A stretch of DNA of 64,000 nt, from assembly GCA_964016885.1 (NCBI GenBank), contig OZ024743.1, forward strand, positions 165,354,001-165,418,000, written 5' to 3'. Each line of letters starts with the position of its first letter. The first letter of the stretch is position 1. A program made the position numbers and the translations under genes. A model generated the notes under the pieces. That model ran no database searches. It was not told the origin of the DNA and was given only the letters and a program-made list of their open reading frames with translations. This stretch comes from Eledone cirrhosa. Lineage: Eukaryota. This document shows, one piece after another, positions 13,922-29,329 of this stretch.

Positions 13922-14367
13922 TATGTATATTTATACACAGAGATATCCACGGTAAGTTGTGGGGTCTAGTCTGCATGAAGAACTCAATGTAATCCGTATG
14001 CTGAAAATGTTGTAGGCTAAAATAAATCCCGGAAAACAATAAAATATTAAAAGGAAAACAGCGTCATGATATAAGTTAAAACAATGAAATAAAAATTCAA
14101 GTCATTAGAAATATACTTCACTGCTTTAGGATCGTTTCTAGGTGATGATAATACATCGTAACTATACTTCGATATCGATCTATGTAAGATTAGTTAAAAC
14201 ATATCAGATAAAGAGAATATTTACTTACATGCATATCACCAGCTGTTGTTAAAAGCAATAATAATTTTATTCAAAATTAGTAGTAAATTAGTATTATCTT
14301 TAGTTCTATGACCTTATTTGGAGGTAGTTGAAGAACTAACCAATCAGATTATTTTTTTTCCATATGA

Positions 14368-14440
14368 TGTTAAGATTAAAAATAATTCACTTTAGTTGAG
14401 GTCATGACCCTTTCAAAGTGAATTATTTTTCATCTTAACA
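14368..14440. repeat. Short imperfect hairpin (MITE-like)
   Basis: gttaagattaaaaataattcacttt / aaagtgaattatttttcatcttaac. Confidence 0.6.
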
Positions 14441-14952
14441 TGACTCTTAAGATGATCCCTTAGCCTTTGTCAAGGCAGAATTCTAGGAGAAGGAAAACTC
14501 TGATATAACACCTGCAACCCTGATGGTATCCAATGATGTTGACTTGTTCTTCTTTTTCGTAAATATCATCTTGATTAAGAGAGTGGGACTGGCTTTGTGC
14601 AGTGCCTTTGCTCACTATAAGCTTCACGGCACAGGCATTGCCTTATATCTGGAGATCTCTCTGCACTTGTCGTTACATGGTGCCATGGGCCCAGCACTAT
14701 GTGTCAATAATTGTCACAGGTGTAGTGTTTGTACCAGAGTTTTCAAGTCGCTGGCTGGACTAAAAAGTCACACTTGTTTAGCGCATCGGTAGTGGTTCTC
14801 CTACATGGATATAAAGTAGTGGCCGTACTCGAAAACGAGTTGGCAGCCACCATATATATGTACATGTATATATGTATATGTATATATATATATGTATATG
14901 TATATATGTATATATATATATATATATGTATAAATATATATATATATGTATA

Positions 14953-15034
<82 letters not shown>

Positions 15035-15037
<3 letters not shown>

Positions 15038-15770
15038 ACCGACATATGTATACAGATGCATACCTACGCTAGCAGATATATATGTTTTGTCTTAGTAACT
15101 TTGTAGTTCTATGCAGGGGAATGCAGAACAATTATATGAAAGACGTAAATAAGAAAGTTATCCCCTTACAGAAACTAATTAGTTGGAGTGAAATTTTAGT
15201 AAGTCAATTTTCATAACTTTCTTATTTACGTCTTTCATATAATTGTTCTGCATTCCCCTGCATAGAACTACAAAGTTACTAAGACAAAACATATATATCT
15301 GCTAGCGTAGGTATGCATCTGTATACATATGTCGGTAGATATATTAATTCTTTATATTCAACTCCAAATTATTTGTTGAGCAAAATTTGCCAAATTACTA
15401 CTGTGACTGATAGTAGTAACTAGGCTCTGTCTTAATAGCACCCCCACTCCAAGCTGGTTAACCTCAGTGTCACGTGATTAATTCTTTTGAATTTGCCACT
15501 TGACCAAGAAGGCAGTGAATTTTTCAGTGGCTTGGAATCTAGCTCCGCTCGCTTTTTTCGCTTTTTTCCCTCCACTGAATTATTGTTATATAAGTTTCCA
15601 GTGTCCCCGCATTGCCTGGTAACTTAGCTGAGAATAGACTCCCTGATGACGTAAGGCTTCTCTACAGGTGTTACATAACTGTATTTATCCCCTTACAGAA
15701 ACTAATTAGTTGGAATGAAATTTTAGTAAGTAAGTCAATTTTCATAACTTTCTTATTTACGTCTTTCATA
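15035..15770 (+). mobile_element. Non-coding HHR mini-element: inverted 5' arm + ~527-bp unit + partial repeat
   Basis: 15035-15160 is the reverse complement of 15214-15342; 15158-15240 repeats at 15685-15770; TA-flanked. Confidence 0.8.
15638..15716 (+). ncRNA. Type I HHR, long stem II
   Basis: actcc-CTGATGA-c-gtaagg..tacag..ctgta..ccttac-a-GAAA-ctaattag-TT-gga(a/g)t. Confidence 0.75.
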
Positions 15771-15779
15771 TATATATAT

Positions 15780-17530
15780 TCCGCACGCCATCTCACAGTC
15801 TGTGGCCTACTCCAGTGCCACGGAACACCCGCCAATCGCCTTAGGGTCGAACAACGAACTATCTTCATCTTACAGACCCACACTCCCCCCAGCCTGAACT
15901 CCCCACCCTTATTCCTTTAGCCTTCGACCGCCCCCGTCCCCCCACACTTATCCCCCACTAAAACCACTAACACACCCCTCCTTTTCACCGCCCACCCCAC
16001 AACTAACAATACTAACAGCTCCACTCCACCCCTCATCTGACCACCCTTCCCCAACTAACATACTAACATCCCTCCCTTCTTCTCCTCCCCCTCCTTATCA
16101 CACGCACACATCCACCGGCACATATATACACGCGCTCACACTAAACACACACCCTACTACCACCACTAACCCTCACCCCACACCTCTCACCCCCACACCT
16201 CCATCCCACCACCCCGCAACTAACCTCACTAACACCCCCTAACCCCAAGCACACGAACACACGCACCCACTTACACCACCCACCCCACACGCAACTAACA
16301 TCACTAACACCCCCCAACCCCACGCACACGTACCCACACACCCTCATACACCACCAACACTAGACACCCTACCACCACTAACCCCACTCACACCTGCATT
16401 CAACCCCTCCTCACCTCCCGTATACTAACACCCACTAACACCCCTTCATCAAACTACACACACACCAGTACACCACACTCCCTCCATAGAACCACACACA
16501 CCCTTCTCTCCCCGCTCCACCCACACCCTCGCTCCACACTCACTCATCCCACTAACACCTCTACTAATACACACACACACACCCTCCTCACTCCAACTTT
16601 CACACCTACCCATCCTCGCCCCTTTACCATTCCACCGACTGCTGCTATGCCCTCTGACCACCTCCCAGCACAAACAGACACACAACACTCCCACTGCTTG
16701 ACCACTTCCTGTTGCGCGCGCACCCCACATCTCTCCTCTTCCGACCATCGCTTCATGGAATACTCGCACGCAGAAATTGACCACCACAGAATCCACTAAA
16801 CACCTTTGGATTTTACCAACTTTTCAACCATCCTCTTACGTAATCACCTATATAACTCACCCACACACACCCCCAAAAAAATTTTTTTCTCCACACGCCA
16901 CCTACACCCACAACACGCTTAAACCCCACACACACGTGCTTTCCACCACATATTTACACCCTCAGCCTCCTGATTCCTCTCACCCCACCCCTCTATCCAC
17001 ACACTCACAGACACTCTGACCCCCACCACACACACCTCTTCCTGTACATGCAACCCCGTTCTTCCCCCAACCCTTACTTTCACATACACACACACACACA
17101 CACACGTACACCTACACACACACACCACCTTCAGCCCTCCCCGCTCGGACACCCCGTCTCCTTCTCCCCACTCCACCCGCCACCACCCCTACATACCCAC
17201 ACCCTTCCACCACCTGTTTTACACCCCTTTTAATTTCAGTTTATTTTGATCATGCTTTTATATTTAAATTTATTTCATTCCTTGTATTTTGATCATGCTT
17301 TATTTTTATTTTTATTTTTATTTTTTTCATTCGCACCATTTCCTTTCGCTATATGTCTCTCCACCACTCCCCAACACACCCTTTGAACTCTGTTCCCACA
17401 CACTTCTCACCTGAGGAAGGGCTTATGCCCGAAACGTCGTCCCCCACCAACACCCCACTCTCCAGAGCGTGAAATTAATAAACATTCGTTGTACTGCCTC
17501 TCTGTTTTATCCCTGTTCAGATTTTTCCAT
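15780..17530 (+). mobile_element. 5'-truncated Neptune-like PLE: GIY-YIG C-terminus, C/A-rich 3' UTR, pLTR HHR
   Basis: RLRVEQRTIFILQTHTPPSLN resembles the PLE EN tail; CTGAGGA-agggc-ttat-gccc-GAAA-cgtc-GTC at 17411-17441. Confidence 0.7.
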
Positions 17531-17550
17531 TATATATATATATATATATA

Positions 17551-17960
17551 AACGGAAAAAAATGAAACGAAATTTCATTTCTCACTCTTAGTACGGCTGT
17601 TACTTAAATATAAGTATGTATACGTACATACATATATGTATACAGACGTACAGTAGTATGTATATATATACATACATGCACATATATATATGTGTACGTA
17701 TGGATTTACCGAGCATTTATTATAATGCTCGGTTTGTTTGTAAACAAACATCCCGTATTAAGCCGTACAGTGTTTAGCAACCATCGTTGCCCTTTTGTTC
17801 AACACTGACAAAGGAACGATGTACTAGTTTCAAGCTTATTAGCTATTGTCAGCACCGTATACCTTCCTGCCAGATGATTGACCGTCTGAAAGTATATACA
17901 TTCCTTATGCATATTAACGTCTGCTCAGCCGTTAATATTTATAAGGAAAGTATATACTTT
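17551..17960 (-). mobile_element. Family D non-coding ~400-bp HHR repeat; HHR at 17816-17858 has G8A
   Basis: Reverse complement of 23300-23760. Confidence 0.8.
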
Positions 17961-18561
17961 CGTGTGCTAATGAGTACAATGATAAGTACATAATGAGAGT
18001 AAAGCGAGTAAAAACCTAAATAAAAGGAACAAAAATACATAAATAAATAAAAGGAGAATACAAAGATAAAAATACATTAATAAAAATACATTAATAAAGT
18101 AAAAATACATAAATAAAACGCCGTCATATGTTCTTATATACTTGCGTTTTGACGATATCACTCGCAACGGATGACACGTGGTTAGGAAGGGCTGGCCGGA
18201 GTTTGCAGTCACCGTGTGTTATTGACAGCTAAACAGGGCTTAATCTTTACTCTATATCCCACTATGAAAACTTATCGAGAATCTCTATAATACACTTAAA
18301 CTTTTTCATATAAGACTCTCTGTGTAAAGTTTTTAACTAAATCTCGCAACCCAAACCTTAAACTTTTTTTAATTTCTTAATTTTTTTAAAATTTCATCCT
18401 ATAACTCTAAACATAAGTTTAACGTTCCAATTTTCTGTTCACACATTATACCATACAGACGCCTACTATATATGTCTCTGTTAAGATATAGGTTCTTTGG
18501 AAAAACATTTTCGCGGCAATTTCTAGCCTGATTGTAGCATGACCTTAACGCCGACTTTTCT

Positions 18562-18622
<61 letters not shown>

Positions 18623-18817
18623 TTTTTTCTCTTTGGCGGGGCGGTAGTAGTACATTATAAGCTTTCGTCCCCTCACCAGATGGTCATAAGTTGACCGAAT
18701 AGCCAACACTTGAGGGCGACCGACTAAAGTAGAAGATGCTAGATGGTCGGTCGTCCTCTTGTCTATGATTTTCAGCCCCATGGATTTTATCTGTTATATT
18801 CCTTTGTTATATTTCGA

Positions 18818-18875
18818 ATACCTGATGATATCACTGGATTCATATGGAACCTGGTCATTGAAATGATCATAGTAT
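18818..18875 (+). ncRNA. Degenerate type I HHR
   Basis: atac-CTGATGA-..-GAAA-tgatca-TA-gtat; stem II imperfect. Confidence 0.6.
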
Positions 18876-19130
18876 AATAAACCTTTCAAGAATTTACACA
18901 AGTCCAGCCTCCTGTTATTTTGTTTTAATAATTAACTCCGTACTCGCACCACCAACTACACAAACGAAGACGGGTGAGTTGCATTACGTTGAGTACTCTC
19001 CATAATATTACATCGAGATTGACCATACAGAATGACCAATTCTATCCAGTCGTGAACCAACAAACCTAAATATATATATATATAAATATATATTTATATA
19101 TATATATATTTATATATATTTATATATATA

Positions 19131-19228
<98 letters not shown>

Positions 19229-19254
19229 TATGTATATTTATATGTGTATATATT

Positions 19255-20198
19255 ATTAGAAAGTGAGGTTTTTTTACAAAATGAAAAAAAAACGAGTGAA
19301 AGTATAAGGAAAAAGATAAAATCGAAAATGTAACTGGTGTCTTTAAAAAAAAACATATTTATTTGGTTCCTTTACCGATTTCGCAGTTTTTGTGCTTTTC
19401 AACAGTATAATAGAGATGGAGGGTTTGTGGTTTTTCTCGCATCTGGTTGGTGTTCGAATGTTACTTCTGTTTTATATGGAAAAACGTGGCTCGAAATGCT
19501 AGGTTTTTAGAAAAGTAATTTGGTTGGTTGATGACTGTCATGTGAATAAGTATAATACATTTCGCGCCAGTTCGCGTTACAAAGTTCTTATTATATTTGC
19601 CTTTAAAAAAAGGGGGGGCTCAGATTGTTTTTTCATATATGACAGAAATTTGGTTGGTTGATGCAGTCACGTGAATAAGCACATCAGCTTTCGCGCCAGT
19701 TTGTGTTTGAATTTCTTTTTACTTAAAAAAAGGTGGCTCACGAAGGCATTTTTTTATAAATGTAATTTGATTGGTTATAAATGAAATTATGACTGTCACG
19801 TGACAAAGCACATTAAATTTCGCGCCCGTATTTTGGATTTTTTTTGTAGCCATTTAGAGAATTTTGTGCCAAACAAAAGATAATGGTCAAGAAAAAAGGG
19901 ATGGGGAGAATTGTTCTGGTTCAGTGAGTATGGCTGATATGCTGAAATGTAATTTGATTGGTTATAAATGAAATTATGACTGTCACATGAACAAGTTCAT
20001 TAAATTTCGCGCCCGTATTTTGGAATTTCTTTTGTAGCATTTAGAGAATTTTGTGCCAAACGAAAGATAATGGTCAAGAGAAATGGGATGGGGAGATTTG
20101 TTCTAGTTCAGTGAATATGGCTGATGTGCTGAGGTGTCAACATTCAGACTTTCTATTGAAATAAAGAAAGTAGAGATATGTATGTTTATTTGTGTACT

Positions 20199-20261
<63 letters not shown>

Positions 20262-21440
20262 GTGTGTGTAGGAAAGTGATTCTATTAGTAGAAATGGGGG
20301 AGGGAGTTGTGTGTGTGTGTATGGGTGTTATATATGTGTGTGTATGTGTGTGTGTATGGGTGTTATATGAGTGTGTATGTGTGTGTGGGAGTATCGTTAG
20401 CTTGTTAAGATGGCGAGAATATATATGTTTTTGTTTGTGTGCGTGTGTGGGTGTGGGGGGGGGGGGTATGGTTAGCATGTTAAGGTGTTAGAGTATTAAC
20501 GTATGTTAAGGTTTATTTAGTTTTCGAATATAGAACGTGTTATGTGTGTGTGTATGTATGTGTCTGTTTGGATGGTTAGCATGTTATGGTGTTGACATAA
20601 TGTATATTAAACTATATTTAATACTGGTCTATATTTTTGAATAAACATATTTTCCTTATTTATTCGTATTTGTTCTGTTGTATTGTCAGCGCAAAGATAA
20701 GATGGGAAGACTTGGAATTTGGGTGTCTTATTACTTGCGCATATGTCGAGATGTGCACTGAGTGGTATCTGTCATGTGGTAGGGTCTCGTAATTGTTGGC
20801 GATGAATTGTCATTCTGTTTCTGAGTGTTATTTTAGTTTGTCTTATATAATCTTCATTGGATCCTTTACATTTACTGGCATATAGTAACTTTTTTACAGC
20901 AACATTTGTCCTGATTGAAATCTATACATGTTGCCTAGGTTTCACAATTAGAGCGGCCACATTTTTTGACAGTTGGTTGTGGGTTTGTGGTAGGTAATTT
21001 GGCATTAGTGAGTAATGTTTTTAGTTATGTCGGTTGTCTTTTGTTTTTGATTATTTTGTGTGTTTCAGGGGCTTTTTTCATTCTTGGGTCTTGTTTCAAT
21101 AGTGGGATGTTCTTGTGAATAATGTTGGAAGCTTCCGCATTTCTTGGGTTGTGTGCTGAGATATATTATAGAATATTGGACGTACCTTGAATTTGCTTCT
21201 GTTTTCGTAATTCATCAATGCCTATTGCTTTAGCCATTTCTATTCCATTATTTATTAGTAATGGTGGGTACTGTCTTTCGAGTAGACTTTTCTTTAATTC
21301 TTGAAGTCTTTTATTTCGCGTTTCATAATTGGAGACAATTGTGCAAATTCTTCTTGCTAGGTTAAAAGGGATGTTCGTTTTCGTGTGCCTTGGATGGTTG
21401 GAGGTGAATAGCAGGTACTGTTTGGAATCTGTTGGTTGAA
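19255..21440 (-). mobile_element. Second Neptune-like PLE family, degraded thumb/GIY-YIG + 3' UTR/pLTR
   Basis: Manual translation KQYLLFTSNHPRHTKTNIPFNLARRICTIVS..CGRSNC parallels the 25288 ORF; TTGAAAA-type HHR at ~19365-19405. Confidence 0.85.
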
Positions 21441-21455
21441 GTAGAGGATGATGAA

Positions 21456-22410
21456 TTTTTTTTTTTTAAGGTATAAAGAAATTTTATTGTGTTGTATCAG
21501 ATGAAAGAATGGTATTTAACTAAAGTATTGGTACGCAATGGGGCCCACCCACAGCCCGGCGGACAAAATGGAGAAGGCGTTTCCCCGGAGGACGGCAAGG
21601 GAGACGCGCTGGAAAAGCCACTCCAACTCGCGGGGCTCACACCTGCGGCTGGCCAGCTCAGCGCCTATGGTGGTGAGTAAGGAGGTAACCCTGGGGCCGA
21701 GGACACCAGAAGTTTCCACTGCCAGGGGAACGACCGCAAAACTGTCGGAGAGCGACCTGTATTTGACGAGTTTGGCCCCCTCAGCCCGACGTGCAGCAGA
21801 ACCTGGGTCAGTCGCAGACTGCACCAGGTTGCGGCTGGAGACAGTGTCGGTGCAAGTGGCATCCCAGACGATGGGTTTGCAACCGCGGAACGGGAACATG
21901 GTCATGCCATCTGGCCTTTTGCCGTCCCCTCGATCCAGTCCCACCGGCTCGAGCTGGGAAGGGAAGCCTGCAGCGTCCAAGCCAAGCTTAATGACCTCGT
22001 TGAGGGCAGTATGGCATGGAATTCGGCCGGCACTGTGGCGACAGGAAAGCGGGTGGAGGCCGAAAGAGTCCACGGTGGAACCGCAGCGACATTGGTGTGG
22101 CTGGCAGATACGGAGGCCGAGCCTCAGGGAAACGCCGATTCATAGGCTATGGTTGTCTAGCTGCGTGCCAGTGGAGAAGGAGGGCAGAGCATGGAGCCAG
22201 GCACCACTGTGGGGTTTGGAGGCCGCACGAAAACAAGCAAGGCGGTGCTGGTCGATCTGGCGCGTGAGCTTGTCTGAGGCCAGGCTGCACTGGATGGCAT
22301 CCCAAGTGCGTTGGGGGGACTTGATGTCAACAGGGGGAGAATGAGGAGGGACGTCTACTGGGCTAAGTCCCAGCCGGTCCCACGTCTCACAGGCGGCCTC
22401 ACGTTCTCTG
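21456..22410 (-). mobile_element. GC-rich 3' fragment of a CRE-like non-LTR retrotransposon (restriction-like endonuclease) with poly(A) tail
   Basis: HSGAWLHALP, HPLSC..HTALN, KRPDG, WDATC, K..KY, PLAVETSG; AATAAA and poly(A) (T-run 21456-21467). Confidence 0.8.
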
Positions 22411-22482
22411 AACACAGAGGGTTCTGTTGTGTTTTGAAGAACCCTGCTGTATTGTATATCTACGCCATCTTTGATGGCGTAG

Positions 22483-22572
<90 letters not shown>

Positions 22573-22590
22573 TATATATATATATTATAT

Positions 22591-22683
<93 letters not shown>

Positions 22684-22904
22684 ATACGGTATATTGCCAA
22701 ATATACTATACATACATTCATGTATACATCGCTATTTCAGAGCACCAATCCTAGTTTTTTTATTTTTGCTGGACCGGCAATCGCTCTGTATAATAAGTTC
22801 CTGATTATTACTGCAATTCTATAAGAATCCAGTTTCTATAATTTTCGGCTCAGAGGATCACAAACAGTGTGAAACAGAAACTTTGCCGAAAAAATAAGTA
22901 AGTG

Positions 22905-23760
22905 GATCGAACACTGTGAGGCTAATAATTCGAGCTGTTTGTTTACAAACAAACCGAGCATTATAACAAATGTTCGTACTAAGAGTGAGAAAAGAAATTT
23001 CATTTTTTCCATTTATCGTTTTCGGTACGCCCGGCCTACTAACTCACTCGATATGCAAATTAGGCTACTCAGCCGTTAATATGCATAAGGAAAGTATATA
23101 CTTTAAAACGTTCAATAAAGTTACAGGAAGGTATACGGTGCTGACGACAGCTAATAAGCTAGAAACTAGTTCATCGTTCCTTTATCAGTGTTGAACAAAA
23201 GGGCAACGATTGTTGCCGAACACTGTGCGGCTAATAATTCGGGCTGTTTGTTTACAAATAAAACGGGCATTATAATAAATGTATGTATATATATATATAT
23301 ATAATACTACTGTACGTCTGTATACATATATGTATGTACGTATACATACTTATATTTAAGTAACAGCCGTACTAAGAGTGAGAAATGAAATTTCGTTTCA
23401 TTTTTTCCGTTTATCGTTTTTGGCGCGCCCGGCCGATTAACTCACTCGATATACAAATTTGCCTGCTCAGCCGTTAATATGCATAAGGAAAGTATATACT
23501 TTCAGACGTTCAATCGTCTGGCAGGAAGGTATACGTTGCTGACGATAGCTAATAAGCTTGAAACTAGTACAGCGTTCCTTTGTCAGTGTTGAACAAATGA
23601 GCAACGATGGTTGCTAGACACTGTACGGCATAATTCGGGATGTTTGTTTACAAACACACCGAGCATTACAATAAATGTTCGGTGAATCCATACGTACATA
23701 TATATATGTATGTGCATGTATGTATATACATACTACTGTACGTCTGTATACATACTTATA
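22905..23760 (+). mobile_element. Family D tandem (~398-bp period) with two minimal HHRs
   Basis: HHRs at 23135-23177 and 23533-23575: acg(g/t)tg-CTGACGA-agct-aata-agct-GAAA-ctag-T(T/A)-ca(t/g)cgt. Confidence 0.85.
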
Positions 23761-24003
23761 TTTATATATATATATTTATCCCAAATTATAGAAATCTTAT
23801 AACGAAACGGCCGTCTGGAAGGAAAGAGATATTTATTTAATAATGTCTCATATAAAATAATACAACCAGCTATCCACGAAATACTGATTAGTAAGCACCC
23901 CAAACACTAAATTGGGATAATACTTAAGTATATCCTAATGTTTGTTGAGTGAGATGGAGTTGGTCGGAGTATCGCTTAAGGCTTTCTCTGTTTATGTATT
24001 GAG

Positions 24004-24128
<125 letters not shown>

Positions 24129-24181
24129 TTATATATATGTATATATATATGTATTTATATGTATATATATATATGTATATT

Positions 24182-24222
<41 letters not shown>

Positions 24223-24227
24223 GTATA

Positions 24228-27356
<3,129 letters not shown>

Positions 27357-28990
27357 CGCCACTCTTTCAAAAAACACAATCTAGCCAACTCCACTTCACT
27401 ATCTAGCTACACACACTCTCTGAAAACAAGGAATAGACCATATACACTTCAATGGGAAGTAGTAGGTAGGGCTACATCGTATAAACCACCGAATAAATTA
27501 TGTAACCTCTGTCTTCTAAAGACCCGTACTATAATCTTTTCGAAACTAAACCTCCTAAATAAAAAGTCAGAGGTGTTTTCCTCATGCCAGCACCACTACC
27601 GACACTCATTCCATAACTTTTAACCTAGCCGCTAGTATATAACAATGTCAGATTTGAATTCCTCACCACCATTAACACTTCACCTCTAAGACTTTTCTTC
27701 CCCCACAGCATCACACTCTTTGATCTGCTCTTTCCTCTACACAACTCCTATTTATCTAAAACATTATACTCTACAATAACTATTAGAAATAAACATATAG
27801 TCACCACCTTTTAATATAACCACTTTAGATTACTTATTAATATATACAGTAATGGATATATAATATGTAGAGACATTAAATGTAATATGTGACAATGAAT
27901 TATATATACATTTATAATTAAACGTATAAATTAATAACATTGTATATAAAGGATTAAGTTATTAACATAAAGGATTTAACTAATTGGACATGTAAACAGC
28001 TATACATTATTCCATATCTTGCCTAGTATTGGGTAGATAACAATCTAATGAAACCTTTAATATATTATGAGAGAGTAGACTGTATTTAAAATTAAACATA
28101 AATATATAACATTATGTAAAAGGGATTCAATTGTGACACTGTATAAGGTCTATTAGAGCAAAGAATTTAAACAGTTTAATGAGCTAGTTACCTCCTCTTA
28201 CGCACTAGCTCCCCTTAATTATGAATACAATAAGACCAATTTACAATCCATTACTATAACTAACTAAAAACATTCAATACAAACATTAACTAAAATATAA
28301 TTTAACATGTAATTGATAGGAAATCAATAACTTTCATATTCTCCACACATACAAATTTGAACTCTACAGAAACTATCATCGCATTACATCCTCCATAATA
28401 GACTAACATATTCGCTTAAAGTGCCTGTATTTTATGTAATACATTGCCATGCAATATTCATATATGCCTAATACCTTTGCTTGTTTCCTTCTCATATATA
28501 TGACTAACGCATGTGCAATCTCTACACGCTTGAATATGTACTTCTTCTTAATGCCTCTTTAATTATTAGACTATTCTCTTGTATTATCTGTTGCATGTAT
28601 TCCACTCTATGCTTTTAATTTTAAGTTGAATTATTGTACAATTATCGTATAATATATGTCGCCTCCATTTCACCCTGTAAATACTAAACTGTTGTTCACA
28701 ACATCAATATATATGTATCTATATGATTGTTCAGTTGAATTAGGAGGTTAATTATATGTACAAACATTGATAATACTCCGATGACTCCAAACTAAAGTTT
28801 GGAAGAAACAATTTTCAGTGATTAAATGATTTGAACATAACTTTGATATTTGTGTAATTTATATTCCTGCTCTGTAAAACACCTGATGTTCTTACATTGA
28901 GCTATTTCTCTTACTGGTAATAAGGTAGTAATAAATTACTGACCTTTCCTGTTTATAGTATAGTATATACATAACTATAAATAGTATCAT
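27357..28990 (+). mobile_element. 3' fragment of a Hydra-like PLE (family E): EN tail + long 3' UTR + pLTR HHR
   Basis: WEVVGRATSYKP..CNLCL..LLNKKSE..CQH; HHR at 28775-28819. Confidence 0.75.
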
Positions 28991-29006
28991 TATTATTATG
29001 TATATA

Positions 29007-29077
<71 letters not shown>

Positions 29078-29104
29078 GAATATATATATATGAATATATA
29101 TATG

Positions 29105-29135
<31 letters not shown>

Positions 29136-29329
29136 GTATAAATATAAATGTATATAGATATATATGTATCTATATATATGTATACATATATATGTATATA
29201 TATATATCTATATATATATATATATATGTATCTATATTTATATATATATATATATATTCTTTTACTCTTTTACCTGTTCCAGCCCTCCGGCTGGGGCCAT
29301 ACTGAGGCACCGCCCTTGTTGCTACACAT

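Noticed and set aside
15925-17230. His/Pro/Thr-rich and Gly/Val/Cys-rich ORFs
   Set aside because: Low-complexity C/A-rich PLE 3' UTR
18650-18690. Minus-strand CTGGTGA-ggggac-GAAA HHR-like string
   Set aside because: A6 is mutated and no stem II can form
21538-22344. 268-aa plus-strand ORF
   Set aside because: Antisense shadow of the GC-rich CRE-like ORF
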